NCBI GenBank assembly: GCA_937923945.1
Contig: CALDWC010000014.1
Location: 435 to 64,434 of the forward strand
From: an uncultured Treponema sp.
GTDB lineage: Bacteria > Spirochaetota > Spirochaetia > Treponematales > Treponemataceae
DNA length: 64,000 nt
Reading direction: 5' to 3'
The translations under genes were made by a program, and so were the position numbers. Position 1 is the stretch's first letter, and the number at the start of each line of letters is the position of its first letter. Under the pieces are notes generated by a model, which made no database searches, was not told where the DNA came from, and worked only from the letters and a program-made list of their open reading frames with translations. Of the stretch, positions 62,489-64,000 are shown piece by piece.

Positions 62489-64000
62489 AAATAACTCCTC
62501 CGGATTTTACTGCAAAAATATTGTATTCATTTATGGTTACACTATATGAAACAACTTCAACGGGGCTTTGGTTAAAATATTTTGTAATTTCTTTTTCAAT
62601 TCGGGCATTCAGCTCTGCATTGTCGACGCGGGAACCGACCCAGTAAAAATTGTTTTTTGCATCGGCATACACATCTGTTTTTACGCCCAAATAGTCTATT
62701 CGTTTCGGGATACCTTTAACAAAGTCAACCTGCACGATTTCGCCGTTTATGGGGTGAATCCACTTTACCATTGACACATCGCCAATTTGTAAAAAAAGTA
62801 CTTCCCAATTTCCGTCTTCGTTTTCATCCCAAATTTTTTCAATTGTGTTTGCATCGTGTTTTTCGGAGTATTCGTAAATTTTATTTTTGTTAATATCAAC
62901 GGAAACGGTTAAAAGCTGTCCTGTTTTATCGTAGGTTTCCAGCGTTTCAAAATATCCGTCGCAATCGCGGTCAAGCTCTCGTTTTGCAATGATGCCGTTT
63001 TTATAATTTCCCGTTGCAACGACCGTTTCACCGATTAAACTTTGTGAACTGATTGCTTTGCCGTTTGAAAGCAAAATCCGTTCAATGCCGCCGTTTTCGG
63101 CAGGAATTTCAATATATGCGGCAGCACGCAGCAGCATCCGTTTATTCAGCGGGGCTTGTCCCGCATTTTCGGTTAACACATACATATTCGAATACGCCGA
63201 GGTAAGGTCAAACAAGTTCAGTTTTAAGGCTTGGAGATGCACCGGCTTAAACCGCAAATCGAGCGGACGCAAAATGTACTGTTCATTTTCAAACATCGCG
63301 CGGTTTACATTCGGGTATTCATCGTAAGTGACTACGGTATTTGTTGCGGGCATTGCAATTTCAGTCGGAATCCCGAAGTTGCAGGTGATGGTTATATCGG
63401 CAATGCCGTCTTGGTTGTTGTCAAACACGGCATAGGAAGGACGTCCGTTTTCGTAAAAAATCACCGCGTTGAGTAAACTGTCGTCGCCGTTTTCAAACAC
63501 GCAATCATTATACGAAACAATGGTGTCTGCGATTATTTTACGTATGTTTTTCCCTTTCACGAGGCGACACAATTCTTCCAAGTGTTTTGCGTAAAATCCC
63601 TTTGCCCGCGTTTTCACTTGCGTTAAAGGATTGAAAAAAATTGCAGTCATATTAAAAAATTCATCAACGGCAGTTTTTTCATCAATAATACCGAAATTGA
63701 GCGAAAGTAAAAGGGCATAGGAGCGCAAGTATAAATCTTCCGGAGTATAAGATTGTGTAAATGGGGCGTACATTTCGCGGTACACTTTTAAACGACGCAC
63801 GGTTTCCGTTCTATCCTTTTCAAAAGGTGTGAGCAGAACCAACACTTCGGGGTTTGAACTTTCCCAAACATAGGAGCGCGCAATGATTTTTTTGGCAATT
63901 GCAATATTGATTTTTGTCCGCGCCGATGAATTTTCCTGCTGCAAAAAAACTTTGGCAAACCGGAAATCAAAAGCCCATGTGTCAAGAGCTTGCAGCAGTA
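62460..64000 (-). CDS. Hypothetical protein, 5'-partial. The reading frame stays open past the window end; the annotated start at 63944 is only an in-frame TTG
   Basis: At least 513 codons, with no stop before nt 64000 on the minus strand. Its 3' end overlaps the htrA start by 29 nt. No motif recognised. Confidence 0.5.
   Translation of the reverse strand, partial: LLQALDTWAFDFRFAKVFLQQENSSARTKINIAIAKKIIARSYVWESSNPEVLVLLTPFEKDRTETVRRLKVYREMYAPFTQSYTPEDLYLRSYALLLSLNFGIIDEKTAVDEFFNMTAIFFNPLTQVKTRAKGFYAKHLEELCRLVKGKNIRKIIADTIVSYNDCVFENGDDSLLNAVIFYENGRPSYAVFDNNQDGIADITITCNFGIPTEIAMPATNTVVTYDEYPNVNRAMFENEQYILRPLDLRFKPVHLQALKLNLFDLTSAYSNMYVLTENAGQAPLNKRMLLRAAAYIEIPAENGGIERILLSNGKAISSQSLIGETVVATGNYKNGIIAKRELDRDCDGYFETLETYDKTGQLLTVSVDINKNKIYEYSEKHDANTIEKIWDENEDGNWEVLFLQIGDVSMVKWIHPINGEIVQVDFVKGIPKRIDYLGVKTDVYADAKNNFYWVGSRVDNAELNARIEKEITKYFNQSPVEVVSYSVTINEYNIFAVKSGGVIFAQIIETAD

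Noticed and set aside
1-64000. Prophage, transposon or integron signatures
   Set aside because: No integrase, transposase, recombinase or terminal inverted repeat with target duplication was recognised. The repeats found are small hairpin modules, not IS ends.

Overview
This is a 64-kb chromosomal segment that looks like a Treponema-type spirochaete at roughly 45% GC. Two things point that way. The tuf–S10–spc–alpha ribosomal superoperon runs tuf-rpsJ...rplO-secY-rpmJ-rpsM-rpsK-rpoA-rplQ with no fusA, adk, map or infA, and lysS is the class I form. Most of the window is housekeeping. On the plus strand there is a 5'-truncated chemoreceptor, rpoZ-miaA, a LytTR/HPK10 two-component pair, nadE, rpoN followed by lptC-like/lptA/lptB, flhA, tuf with 28 ribosomal/secY/rpoA genes, a TPR/YmdB/RseC trio, rarA, cdaA-cdaR-acpS and mgtE. 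On the minus strand there is uvrC, a PurS-PurL fusion, a CDP-alcohol phosphatidyltransferase plus GT4 pair, a MATE pump, class I lysS, an ABC-2 exporter, priA, htrA and a window-truncated unknown gene. Five things are not explained by standard annotation. (1) A composite intergenic repeat family recurs at six or more loci. Module A is a 12-bp-stem hairpin GGAAACGCTGATTAAAGGCTTGACGCCGTTTAAC, module B is TTGTTTCTCAATGTTCAGTATAA, and module C is the palindromic TAATTCTCGATTGAATTAATCAG. (2) Full A-B-C copies bracket a ~4-kb segment holding a solo Cas2-like 95-aa gene, an orphan pstS and a 700-aa protein with no recognisable motif. (3) A 773-aa protein carries two classic-clade AAA ATPase modules behind an unrecognised 300-aa N-terminal domain. 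(4) Two paralogous-looking mini zinc-ribbon proteins sit immediately after rplQ, the second behind a perfect consensus σ70 promoter and SD. (5) RarA carries a ~290-aa C-terminal extension. No tRNA, rRNA, CRISPR array, transposase or integrase was recognised. All family assignments come from motifs read in the translations; no database search was possible.
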